Shown: positions 38,944 through 48,623 of the stretch, in pieces
Position numbering within the stretch: position 1 is the first letter of the stretch
How the letters are laid out: each line of letters opens with the position of its first letter
DNA from: Patescibacteria group bacterium
Lineage (GTDB): Bacteria > Patescibacteriota > Patescibacteriia > UBA2591 > UBA4787
Direction: 5' to 3'
Assembly (NCBI GenBank): GCA_028715115.1
Contig: JAQUSN010000001.1
Location: forward strand, 67,314 to 131,313
Length of the DNA stretch: 64,000 nt
Made by a program: the position numbers and the translations under genes
Notes under the pieces: model-generated
What the model was told of the DNA's origin: nothing
Databases searched by the model: none
The model's input: only the letters and a program-made list of their open reading frames with translations

Positions 38944-40295
38944 GATTCTATTTTAACATAATCCCCGAAAAAAAGAAGGGCTCCGTAAAAAATAGTCAAA
39001 GGCGCAATCGTTAAAAGATTTCTTTGGTCAATAACGCCAACCAATAAATAATAATTATTTGAATCGGTAAAAACATAAAGAGCTAAATAGAAAATCAAGC
39101 AGCCCAAAACGGAAAAAAATAAAAATGAATTTTCTCTATGCCAAAGAGATCGCCAATTAAAAATAATTAGCAAAATAAATATCAACCACCAAATGTTCCA
39201 ATTTGAAATGACAATAAGCCGATTAAATAAAATGCTTAAAGCGCCGAAGCTATGAATTAATTTGAACGAATTTTCGTTGTTTGCCCAGCTTAAATGATGG
39301 CTAAATTTAAAAATTAACCACGGCAAAACCAGAGCAATAAGTAAACCAGCGCTAATTAAATGTTTTACTCTGAATTTTTTCTTTACTAATGAATAAATCA
39401 AGGAAGAGACTAAAATAATAATCGATAGGGCCAATCCTTCATTTTTGGTCCAAGCCGCACTGGCAGCTAGAATTGCGCCTAAAATAAAATATCCCCTGTT
39501 TTCCTCCCGCCAGCCACGCCAAAAATAAATCGCAGTGGCTAAAACATAAAAAGATAAAATTAAATCTGCATAATCATGCCTGGCATGATAAACCACAAAC
39601 GGCATAGTCGCCAAAAAGAAAGTAAAAATCATGGCGCGAAAACGCGAAGCGGTGCGGCGCAAAGCGCTATAAAGAATAATTAATAATGATAAATAATAAA
39701 TGGGCAAAGTAAGTTTTATGGCCGGCTCAAACCAGCTCCCGACCAAAACAGATTGCCAATCCTGCCACAATGGCAGTTGTAAAGGATAGCCTAATAAATG
39801 GATACCCAAGAAATATGGATGGTCTTGGTTAAGAATAATTTTATTTTGGCTAAAAAATATTTTTGCTTTTAATGACCAGGTGGCCAAAGCGTCATACTGA
39901 ATAATCGGCCGCCACCAGGCTGAGAAAAAAACAAAAATTATTGTTGCGGCGATAATAATAAATAAAATTATTGTTAAAATCTTGGTTAACAACTTAATTT
40001 TTTGTTCATTTGGCTTATGGTTAATGTGAGAATCAACAGCAACTCGGCGTAAAATTATAAAAACAATACTTAAGAATAATAGTGCCAATAAAATATTTAC
40101 CGACAAGGTTAGCAATAGACCCAGCCAAGAAAAAATAAAAATTAACATAGTTATAAAAAACACGCCCAAGGCAAAACTTAAAGCAAAAATTTCGCTTAAG
40201 AAAAATTTTGTTTGGCGAGCGATTAAAGTTATTAAAACCAAACCAAAAATTATCGGCGCTAAAATCCCTAAAATAGTTGAAGCTATTATTATCAT
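38940..40295 (-). CDS. Polytopic membrane protein, possibly GT-C-type glycosyltransferase
   Basis: 451 aa, 10 or more TM helices; ATGA overlap with pilD; adjacent to the GT2 and methyltransferase cluster. Confidence 0.35.
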   Translation of the reverse strand: MIIIASTILGILAPIIFGLVLITLIARQTKFFLSEIFALSFALGVFFITMLIFIFSWLGLLLTLSVNILLALLFLSIVFIILRRVAVDSHINHKPNEQKIKLLTKILTIILFIIIAATIIFVFFSAWWRPIIQYDALATWSLKAKIFFSQNKIILNQDHPYFLGIHLLGYPLQLPLWQDWQSVLVGSWFEPAIKLTLPIYYLSLLIILYSALRRTASRFRAMIFTFFLATMPFVVYHARHDYADLILSFYVLATAIYFWRGWREENRGYFILGAILAASAAWTKNEGLALSIIILVSSLIYSLVKKKFRVKHLISAGLLIALVLPWLIFKFSHHLSWANNENSFKLIHSFGALSILFNRLIVISNWNIWWLIFILLIIFNWRSLWHRENSFLFFSVLGCLIFYLALYVFTDSNNYYLLVGVIDQRNLLTIAPLTIFYGALLFFGDYVKIES

Positions 40296-41413
40296 TTTCT
40301 ATAATAGATTAATTGATTAGGCGCGACGACTATTTTTTCAAAGCCATCATAGTTTGCCTCTAGAGCAAAATAAGACAAAACATATTTGGCCAGATTGATA
40401 TCGCCGACAACTTGGTATTGATCTATTAAATCATAAATTAAAACAATGCGGCGATAATCAGTCGATGGCGGCAGGAAAATCTTACTGCCCAAGGGTATTT
40501 TTTCTTTAACCGCCCTCAAATAACTATTTAAGTCCGTACCTGAATTGTCCTGTAAAAAACTGTTGATTAAAATTGCCCTTTTTTGATCGTTTGATTTGGA
40601 AGACAAATTATAATCATCTTTAAATTCTAAAAACCAAGCGCGCAAAAAATAAATTCCGCTACAAAACCAAGCAACTAAAACGACGATTAAAAATATTTTT
40701 TGCCAATGGGCGCGCAAAGCGCTATCGCGACAATTAAAAAGATACAAAACTATCAAAATAATTGCGGTGAAAATTAAAATATAATATGAAAGAGGTGTAG
40801 CGTAAACAAAAATCGGCGGCAGCATATTAATCCAAGATAATCCTTCGGCTGGCAAAGAAAAATATTCCTGCCATAGGGTTTTTAAAACTAAACCAGGCGT
40901 GCCTGAAAGTAAAGAAAAAGAGTCAACTTCAATTTGTGATGGATTAAACTTTAAATATAGGCGGTCGACCATGCCATACCAGGCGTCAAAATTAGATAAA
41001 TTAAAATAATAATCGGTGAATTGATTATTCTTTTTATTAAAAATAAAATTATTTAACGGCTTGGCTCCTCCTTGTGGATTTAAAAAATTTACCGATAATT
41101 GAGAAAAATCCGCGGTGGTTTTTAATCTTAGAGCTAAAAAATGGTATTTATCAGCGGCAAAATTTAATTTTTCCTGCGGAGGTAAATAAAATATTAGTCC
41201 GGCATTCTCTTTGATAATCAAGGGATCGCCTGCAATGTTTTTTTGGCAATTAAGACCACGGTCGTTCACAAGACAACGTGGTTTGTTTTCATTATTTTGC
41301 GCTTCAAAAGCAATAACTGATATTGATTTCAAAATAAAACTTCCGGCCAAGAAAACAATGACCAGGCCTAAAAGAATTATCGTTTTTTTATTTTGCCGAA
41401 GCCACTTGAGCAT
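40292..41413 (-). CDS. Membrane protein of unknown function
   Basis: 373 aa; N-terminal TM, large extracytoplasmic domain, 3-4 TM helices in the middle. Confidence 0.35.
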   Translation of the reverse strand: MLKWLRQNKKTIILLGLVIVFLAGSFILKSISVIAFEAQNNENKPRCLVNDRGLNCQKNIAGDPLIIKENAGLIFYLPPQEKLNFAADKYHFLALRLKTTADFSQLSVNFLNPQGGAKPLNNFIFNKKNNQFTDYYFNLSNFDAWYGMVDRLYLKFNPSQIEVDSFSLLSGTPGLVLKTLWQEYFSLPAEGLSWINMLPPIFVYATPLSYYILIFTAIILIVLYLFNCRDSALRAHWQKIFLIVVLVAWFCSGIYFLRAWFLEFKDDYNLSSKSNDQKRAILINSFLQDNSGTDLNSYLRAVKEKIPLGSKIFLPPSTDYRRIVLIYDLIDQYQVVGDINLAKYVLSYFALEANYDGFEKIVVAPNQLIYYRK

Positions 41414-41416
41414 AAA

Positions 41417-42106
41417 TTAACTATACCTATATTTAGCAATGGCCCAAATAGCCCTTAGGCCATCGGTATATTTTATCTTTTTGCCGTCTTTATAAAGGCG
41501 CGGATGATAAGAAATTGGTATTTCTAAAATTTTATGTTTTTTCTTTAAAAAATCAGCTGTTAGTTCTATCTCTAAATCAAACCCGTTTGACTCTAATTCT
41601 AAACTTTGGATCAAATTTCTTTTAAAAACTTTATAACAGGTCCAGGGGTCGTTGATTTTATGCCCATAAAAAAGATAAAAAAGAAAAGACAAAAAACGAT
41701 TGCCTAAATAAAATATTTTATAAATCGGGCGATGTTTGGTTAAAAAACGCGAACCATAAACCACCTCAGCCCTGCCCTCTGAAATGGGCCTAACAAGATC
41801 GGGCAACTCTTGCGGATTATATTCTAAATCAGCATCTTGGATGGCAATAATATCGCCGGTTGCTTCTTTAAATCCTCGACGCAAAGCAAGCCCCTTGCCC
41901 TGATTAACCTCTTGAAAAAATATTTTATAATTATTTTGCTCTTCTTGGGCAACGTTTTTTAAAATTTCTCTGGTTCCATCAGTAGAGGCATCGTCAATAA
42001 TTATTATTTCCGAATCAATATCAAATTTAACAGCTTTAATTCTTTCAAGTAAATCTAAAATCGTTTTTCTCTCGTTATAAACCGGGATAATGATTGATAA
42101 TTTCAT
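41417..42106 (-). CDS. GT2 glycosyltransferase, polyprenyl-phosphate sugar synthase (DPM1-like)
   Basis: 229 aa; MKLSIIIPVYNE...IIIIDDASTDGT...DADL motifs. Confidence 0.8.
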   Translation of the reverse strand: MKLSIIIPVYNERKTILDLLERIKAVKFDIDSEIIIIDDASTDGTREILKNVAQEEQNNYKIFFQEVNQGKGLALRRGFKEATGDIIAIQDADLEYNPQELPDLVRPISEGRAEVVYGSRFLTKHRPIYKIFYLGNRFLSFLFYLFYGHKINDPWTCYKVFKRNLIQSLELESNGFDLEIELTADFLKKKHKILEIPISYHPRLYKDGKKIKYTDGLRAIWAIAKYRYS

Positions 42107-42109
42107 ATT

Positions 42110-42655
42110 TTATTTTTGCGCCACGATAAAATTATTAAAACCAAACTGAAATTGTTGTGCCTTAACAATTTTAAAACCTAATTTTATTAATAAATCTTTA
42201 AGTTCGCTTAAATTAAAATAGCGGAGATGGCTGCCAATTTCTTCTTGGCTCAAAATATTAAACTTAAAGGCTAAAAATTCTAAAAGATTTTTTGATCTGG
42301 GAGCTGGAGTGGTAATAATAATCCGACCACTATCTTTCAAAGGTCGATAACAGTCCTTTAAGATATCTTCCGGGTATTCAACATGCTCTAGAACCGCCAA
42401 AAGAGTAATGACGTCAATAGAGTTAGACGGCAGGTTAATTTCTTTGGCTAAATTACTGTGGCAAATTTCTAAATTGTCTTTTTTGAGATTGTCGATTTTT
42501 TTATCAAATCCGTAACCTTTCGAAATTGAATTCTTAATAGACTTTAAAAGAAAGGCTGATTGGCCGCAACCAATATCACAAACTACTGCACCATTTTTAA
42601 TATATTTTTTAATCTTATTAACCCTTAGTCTTCTTAAGACTTCTTCTAAGAACAT
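42110..42655 (-). CDS. Class I SAM-dependent methyltransferase
   Basis: 181 aa; VVCDIGCGQSAFLLK motif I. Confidence 0.7.
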   Translation of the reverse strand: MFLEEVLRRLRVNKIKKYIKNGAVVCDIGCGQSAFLLKSIKNSISKGYGFDKKIDNLKKDNLEICHSNLAKEINLPSNSIDVITLLAVLEHVEYPEDILKDCYRPLKDSGRIIITTPAPRSKNLLEFLAFKFNILSQEEIGSHLRYFNLSELKDLLIKLGFKIVKAQQFQFGFNNFIVAQK

Positions 42656-43428
42656 AAAAGATAAATAAAGCGTATTACTTTAAGTAAATTTGACCTTATG
42701 GCTCCGTAATGTTTTTGCCAATAATAGTTTTGCGACTGGTAATAAAGGGTTTTGCGTTTTTTATCGCTAGTCAGGCTTTGGCCACCCAGGTGAATTATTT
42801 TTGTAGTAATCAAAACAATAATTTTATAGCCCAAATTTTTAACTCGGCGGCACAAATCGCGATCCTCAAAGTACATGAAAAAATTCTCATCAAAACCGTT
42901 GATTTGTTCAAAAATTTTTCGGCGGATTGCCAGGGCCGCGCCACTAACCCAATCAGTGAATAAATAATTATTTTTCTTGATTAATTGCGTTTGATTGCCT
43001 CGATATATTTTATCGATCATTTTGTCTCGGCCAAACGAATAGGGCTGAAGTTGACCGTTGTCCAAAATCAATTGCGGCGATATAACTCCTACCTCTTTGT
43101 TATTTTTAAAGCATTCGCTGATTTTTTCAAATATGTCTTCAATAAAAATCGTGTCTGGATTTAAAAAAAACAAAACATCTCCTTTGGCCTGCTTGGCTGC
43201 CATATTATTGGCGGCGGCAAAACCAAGATTTTGTTTTAATAATATTAAATTAATAAAAGGATACTTTTCTTGATAACCAAAAAGGGCGGATTCTTGAGAA
43301 TTGTTGTCAACAATAATAACCTCTGTTTCAATCCGGCTAATGAATTTGATCAACGAATTAAGGCATTGATCCAAAAATTTCCAGCTATTATAATTGACGA
43401 TGATAATAGATAATTTCATTGATCGCAA
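42646..43428 (-). CDS. GT2 glycosyltransferase
   Basis: 260 aa; MKLSIIIVNYNSWKFL...VIIVDNNS...FLNPD motifs. Confidence 0.75.
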   Translation of the reverse strand: MRSMKLSIIIVNYNSWKFLDQCLNSLIKFISRIETEVIIVDNNSQESALFGYQEKYPFINLILLKQNLGFAAANNMAAKQAKGDVLFFLNPDTIFIEDIFEKISECFKNNKEVGVISPQLILDNGQLQPYSFGRDKMIDKIYRGNQTQLIKKNNYLFTDWVSGAALAIRRKIFEQINGFDENFFMYFEDRDLCRRVKNLGYKIIVLITTKIIHLGGQSLTSDKKRKTLYYQSQNYYWQKHYGAIRSNLLKVIRFIYLLCS

Positions 43429-43473
43429 GTTTTATATATTCTAACCAAGAACGATTACCGAGAGAGCGTAAAT

Positions 43474-44832
43474 TCAATGTATAAAATTTTTTCTAATTTT
43501 ATTTTTTATAAAATTTATTGTCTCTTTCGGCCGTCTAAAAAAATATTTTACTAAGAGATAAAAGCGCCTTTTTTTGCGTTCCTTCAAAAATAGATCGTAT
43601 AAACATTTTAATTCTTCTCGGTCTAATTTTTCTGACAAAATTAGATAATTTTTATAATTATTTGAAAAATCAATACTTAATTTATTCCAATCCATATCAT
43701 TAGAAACCAATCGCCTCCCTAAGGCATATTCCCAAATAGGCGTACCTGGCAAAGGCAGAAGAGCATAAACATCAAAAGAATCTAGTTTACTCTTCTTAAT
43801 AAAATTTAAAGTATCCATGATTTCTTCTCTCGTCTCGTCCGGCGAACCTATAATAAACGAAGCACTAACCTGCAAATTATATTTTTTCAAATAATTAATA
43901 GCATCCATATTGTCTTTGACTGTTACCAAATCGCCCTTAAGAAATTTAAATATTCTCTCGTTCCCAGACTCAAGCCCCATAGAGACTATGTCAACCCCCA
44001 TCTCTTTAAGCAATCTGGCAGACTCATTATTAACCAGATTGGCACGCACTGAAACGGTAAATTTTATCTTTTTATAAAATTTCTGTTTTTTTATTAATTC
44101 AACTATCTTTTTTAATCTTTTTTTGTCGGCGATAAAAAGATCATCGCAAAACGTTATTCTGGGAGAATTATAACGATCGACAAGATACCCTATCTCCTTG
44201 ATCACATATTCTGCCGAATTAAACCTGGTCTTATCCCAAAATCTCGAAGAAAAACAAAACCTACACTTATAGGGACATCCCCTTGAAGTAAACATATAAA
44301 CATTGTCTCCCTTTTTGATGTTAAAAAGATTTCTGTCGGGAAAGGGAATTAAGTCTAAATTTTCTATAAGAGGACGACTCTCTGTTTGAACAAGTTTGCC
44401 CTCATCATGGAACACCACCCCTTTAATCATCCTAAGATTTTCCTTAGTAAATTTTTTATCAATAAATAGCTTTATAATCTCGCCAAAGGTTTGCTCTCCT
44501 TCGCCGATAATTCCCACGTCCATATTACTGTCCAGGCTTGAGGGAATGGCGGTAATGTGGCTTTTCCCAATAATTACGGCTATATTTTTATCTTTACAAA
44601 ACCTAGCTATCTGCTTCGCCCTGTTGAAATTTTGCGAAACGCAAGAAAGGCCCACCATATCCGGACCAAAAGAAACAATCTTCTCTTCGACTTGGCTGTT
44701 AACAACCTCAACTTCGATCTCTTTTCTGACATCTTTGGGTAAAAAAGAAATTAGATAACCAAGCCCCAAAGAATCATATTTAGTTTGAATTTTATCCTGA
44801 TTGTCGATGACGTCCACTAAAATAAGTTTCAT
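43474..44832 (-). CDS. B12-binding radical SAM protein (class B radical SAM methyltransferase-like)
   Basis: 452 aa; N-terminal cobalamin-binding Rossmann segment, then the radical SAM CxxxCxxC motif (SRGCPYKCRFC). Confidence 0.8.
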   Translation of the reverse strand: MKLILVDVIDNQDKIQTKYDSLGLGYLISFLPKDVRKEIEVEVVNSQVEEKIVSFGPDMVGLSCVSQNFNRAKQIARFCKDKNIAVIIGKSHITAIPSSLDSNMDVGIIGEGEQTFGEIIKLFIDKKFTKENLRMIKGVVFHDEGKLVQTESRPLIENLDLIPFPDRNLFNIKKGDNVYMFTSRGCPYKCRFCFSSRFWDKTRFNSAEYVIKEIGYLVDRYNSPRITFCDDLFIADKKRLKKIVELIKKQKFYKKIKFTVSVRANLVNNESARLLKEMGVDIVSMGLESGNERIFKFLKGDLVTVKDNMDAINYLKKYNLQVSASFIIGSPDETREEIMDTLNFIKKSKLDSFDVYALLPLPGTPIWEYALGRRLVSNDMDWNKLSIDFSNNYKNYLILSEKLDREELKCLYDLFLKERKKRRFYLLVKYFFRRPKETINFIKNKIRKNFIH

Positions 44833-44840
44833 AAAAATTT

Positions 44841-45533
44841 TTACTTAAAAAAACCGTCCGAACAAGTTTGTTCTACGTTTTTAATACACAAGATCTGAAA
44901 GGCTATTTCCGGCCAATAATATGCCATGAGTTGCGTCAACGAAGCCGCTTTTTTCCAAAAAACAGCTGGCCAAAATTTAATATCTCCCTTTTCTCTCCTT
45001 AAAAACTTTAACCCGCTTATGCCAAAAACTAAATATCCCATATTTCTCATTTCTTTAACACTGTAGCCCGACAGATGAACCTGCCCGGTATTGCCATCAA
45101 ATGTTTCTTGCTTCAAAAATCCATTTGGAGTAAAGATTATAACTCTTTTTTTTGCTATTCTTTCCGCCTCTTTTATCAATTTCAGACCATCGGTCTTATC
45201 TAAATGCTCAATTAAATCTAGCGCCACAACACAATCAAAAGATTTATCCTTGATTTTTCGACAAGCGTCAAAAACATTAGAAATCAAATAGTCTGAGTGA
45301 ATTCTTGAATTTTTACTTCGCTCAATATAAGGGACAAAATTATCAATGCCCAAGCTATATTCTAATTTGTCAGAAAATAATTTAATGGGCGATTGTTCTC
45401 CGCATCCTAAATCCAAAACAGTTTTGCAGGAATCTAAAATCTCTTTTTTTAATTTAAATTGGTATCTGAAATCATTAAAATAATCGCTAATTTTTTTGAA
45501 AGGATTCATAAATAAATATTTTACTATATTCAA
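44841..45533 (-). CDS. Class I SAM-dependent methyltransferase
   Basis: 230 aa; VLDLGCGEQSP motif I. Confidence 0.65.
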   Translation of the reverse strand: MNIVKYLFMNPFKKISDYFNDFRYQFKLKKEILDSCKTVLDLGCGEQSPIKLFSDKLEYSLGIDNFVPYIERSKNSRIHSDYLISNVFDACRKIKDKSFDCVVALDLIEHLDKTDGLKLIKEAERIAKKRVIIFTPNGFLKQETFDGNTGQVHLSGYSVKEMRNMGYLVFGISGLKFLRREKGDIKFWPAVFWKKAASLTQLMAYYWPEIAFQILCIKNVEQTCSDGFFK

Positions 45534-45548
45534 GACCTCTTCATCTAT

Positions 45549-47861
45549 TTACTTTAATCGCTCTAAAAATATTTTTATGGTCTGCGCATCTGGTTTTAAT
45601 TTTAGGGCCTGCTGGGCATAATCACGAGCCATTTGAAGACTTCCTTTTTCATAATACAATAAAGCTACGGCCCACGGCCAATTAAAATCGCCTGGATTTA
45701 AAACCATTCCGTGTAAATTATAACCGATGGCTGAATTTAAATCGTGACGTAAATAATAAATATCGGCGATTTTTTTATAAATATTATATTTTCGCGGATT
45801 TAACTTCAAAATTTCCTGATAAACAATCAAGGCTTGATCATAGTTGCGTTGATCCATATAAATTTCAGCCAGTTGCTCTTTTACTAGACCCTCTTCATTA
45901 GTAATCTCTAATCGCTGGGTTGGCCCAAGTTGCGGCGTAGCTAAATCAGGATAAAGACTAAGGGCCGTATTGCACTTATCTGTTGCCTCATCTAAACGCT
46001 TTTCATAAAACTTTAATCGGCACCAATCATAATATAAAACCGCCATCTTGGGTGAAAGCGAAATTAAGCGGCCAAGATCTTGCTCGGCAACCTGAAAATC
46101 GTCTAACTTTTGACTGTCTTCGGCTTTTAGGGCGCGCAATCTGGCCCGATAAGCCTGAGCTTCGAAGCTGATTTGATTGGCGGGAATGTCATCAATAATT
46201 TGAATAGCTAAACTAAATAGTTTTATTCGCTCATCTTTATTTTTTTCCGGCACCGAATAGGTAAGATCTAATAGATCCCTGGCAAAACTTTCTCGGTAAT
46301 AAGATTCTTCTGGTTGTCGATTTATAGCTTTATAATAATAATCAATGCCTTGGGAAATTTTTTGACTGCGAATAGAGACAATGGCCTGTTTGTAATACCA
46401 ATCAGCCATAATCATTTTGGCGCTGAATTGCCAAATAAAAAATATAGTAATGAGAAATAGGATTATAGAAATAACAATCCTCTTAAAATCTATTTTTATA
46501 TTTTGTAAATAATAATCTTCACTAAAATCTTTATCCAGGTTTATAGTGACAGCATAAATCAGCGCCAAATAAAGCCAAAAATATAAGCCGGTTTGCACGA
46601 CGTGAAAGCCAAACTGTAAAGCCACTAGATAGCCTATCAATCCCAATAAAACAGCGCCGATTAAGGCATAAGCGCGAGGCCCGTCTTTAAGTTTATTTTT
46701 AAGAAACCCAAGAACTTGCCAAAAAAAAGTAATAAGTAAATAAAAATATGCTATTAAACCCAAAAGTCCGGCTATTAATAATGTATCCAAAATATCATTA
46801 TGAGCCCTATCGGGATAACTATTAATAGCCTCATAAATCGCATTATCAGGTTGGTAGTATTTGACGGCATGTAAACCAAAAATTTCTTGACCGTAGCCCA
46901 AGAGAGGCTTTTGGCTAATTTGGTCTATGGCTGCCTGCCAGGCAAGTAAACGAGTGTGGCCGGTAATCGCCCTTTGCAAAAAAACAAAGCTTACTAAACG
47001 GTCTAAAATTGGTGGTTCTAAGGCTTTTTGAGGATGCCAGGGTAAACTAGCGGCCCATGACCATAGCAGTAAAACTGTCGCAATTATTAAAAACCATAAA
47101 ATAGTTTTTCTTTTGTTGCCCCGAGACCATATCCAAAGCAACAAAAAACAAAAAAGCTCTGCCACTAGGCCCATCCAAGCGGCTCGTGATAAGGTTAATA
47201 ACAAAGAAATAAATATACTAACAATCAAAAAACCTATGGGTAAACGCGCCGAAGCGGATTTGAAATAATAAAAACAAAAAAACACTAACGGCAGAACCAG
47301 CAGCAGCCATTGGCCCAAAAAAATTGGTTGGCCTAAAGAAGAAAATATTCTATAACCTATCGTCGCGTTATTAAGACCCCAATCAATAATATCTAATCCT
47401 AAAATCTGCAAAAATCCATACAAACAAACCAGGCCGGCAGAAATTAAAATTACTAATAAAATTCTTTTAATTTGTGTTGATCTCCTTATCTCGGAAATAA
47501 ATACTAGAAAAAACAAAAAATAATGTATCCAGGTGATTAATCCCATCTTTCTGGCATAGCTGCCCAGAAAACTTAATCGCGGCGATTGCGAAAAAATTGT
47601 CGCCAGAGATAAGGCGAACAAAAACAAAAAGGCCGGTAAGATTAATTTTAAAGATAACCTTGACGGGCGCCAACCGAAGATAACCTTTAATAACCAAAAC
47701 AACGTTGCTAGCTCAATTAAAACTTGGATTAAAAAAAGCTGGTTTGTTTCCCAGCAGCGATATGTTAAACACTGGAAAAAGACCGGGCTTAAGCCAATGA
47801 TTAACAACAAACAGACTTCTATAGCAATATTTAAATATTTTATTAATCTCATAGGTGGCAA
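45549..47861 (-). CDS. O-antigen ligase/Wzy_C-family polytopic membrane protein with C-terminal TPR repeats; candidate pilin O-oligosaccharyltransferase (TfpO/PglL-like)
   Basis: 770 aa; about 12 TM helices with a Wzy_C-like loop in the N-terminal two-thirds, then TPR repeats at the C-terminus; located immediately downstream of the major pilin gene. Confidence 0.6.
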   Translation of the reverse strand: MPPMRLIKYLNIAIEVCLLLIIGLSPVFFQCLTYRCWETNQLFLIQVLIELATLFWLLKVIFGWRPSRLSLKLILPAFLFLFALSLATIFSQSPRLSFLGSYARKMGLITWIHYFLFFLVFISEIRRSTQIKRILLVILISAGLVCLYGFLQILGLDIIDWGLNNATIGYRIFSSLGQPIFLGQWLLLVLPLVFFCFYYFKSASARLPIGFLIVSIFISLLLTLSRAAWMGLVAELFCFLLLWIWSRGNKRKTILWFLIIATVLLLWSWAASLPWHPQKALEPPILDRLVSFVFLQRAITGHTRLLAWQAAIDQISQKPLLGYGQEIFGLHAVKYYQPDNAIYEAINSYPDRAHNDILDTLLIAGLLGLIAYFYLLITFFWQVLGFLKNKLKDGPRAYALIGAVLLGLIGYLVALQFGFHVVQTGLYFWLYLALIYAVTINLDKDFSEDYYLQNIKIDFKRIVISIILFLITIFFIWQFSAKMIMADWYYKQAIVSIRSQKISQGIDYYYKAINRQPEESYYRESFARDLLDLTYSVPEKNKDERIKLFSLAIQIIDDIPANQISFEAQAYRARLRALKAEDSQKLDDFQVAEQDLGRLISLSPKMAVLYYDWCRLKFYEKRLDEATDKCNTALSLYPDLATPQLGPTQRLEITNEEGLVKEQLAEIYMDQRNYDQALIVYQEILKLNPRKYNIYKKIADIYYLRHDLNSAIGYNLHGMVLNPGDFNWPWAVALLYYEKGSLQMARDYAQQALKLKPDAQTIKIFLERLK

Positions 47862-47973
47862 TTGGATTGACTAATTTTATCATGAACCGTTAAATAAATC
47901 AATCTTATTTTATAAACATAAAAACAAATCTGCCTCTTTCTGGGGCAGACTTGTTTAAACTTTCGCAATTCAA

Positions 47974-48448
47974 TTACAGGCCAGCTGGACTCGCTGTACG
48001 AGTACCAGCGGTTAAACCGCCGGTTGCCGAACCGAGACAATACTTAATAGTGTAACTGGCTCCGCTATTGTCATAACTATAAGTATAAACAGCACCAACG
48101 CCGGTTGAGGGACAGCTGCCATCGTTAACCGGAGTAGGGTTTGACGGAGCAACGGCCATATAAGTAGTGCCCGTGCAAGGCGCGGCAGACCAACCAGAAA
48201 TGCTACTTAGGCATTTGCCTTCAATGGTTCCTGTATTAGTACCACCAGTAATGTTGGGGTAGGCATTATTGTCCAAAAAATACATTTCTAAGGCAGTTTG
48301 GACTTGTCTAACATCCGAAACACGTCGAGCGTCGCGCGCTTTAGCTCGAGCATTGCTTAGGGCGATAACCGCCATCGCGGCTAATAGACCAATAATAGCT
48401 ACAACCACCAATAATTCGATAAGTGTGAAACCTTTTTTGTTGTGTCGC
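47974..48448 (-). CDS. pilA: Type IV pilin (major pilin candidate)
   Basis: MRHNKKG/FTLIELLVVVAIIGLLAAMAVIALSNARAKARDARR is a canonical class III prepilin leader with the conserved Glu5, and the length is short. The track ORF begins at an upstream ATG (48468). Confidence 0.75.
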
Positions 48449-48623
48449 ATATATTTTCTAAATTTCAAATAAAACGACCTTTAGCTAAAGATAAACATAC
48501 TATATCATATCTATTATTTTTGGGTAGTAGTTATCCACAGAATAAGATTTAACGGTCTCGCCTTGCTAAAAAATAAAATTTTTGCTAACATAAAAACAAA
48601 TTTAGAAATATTAAATCTTCTTC

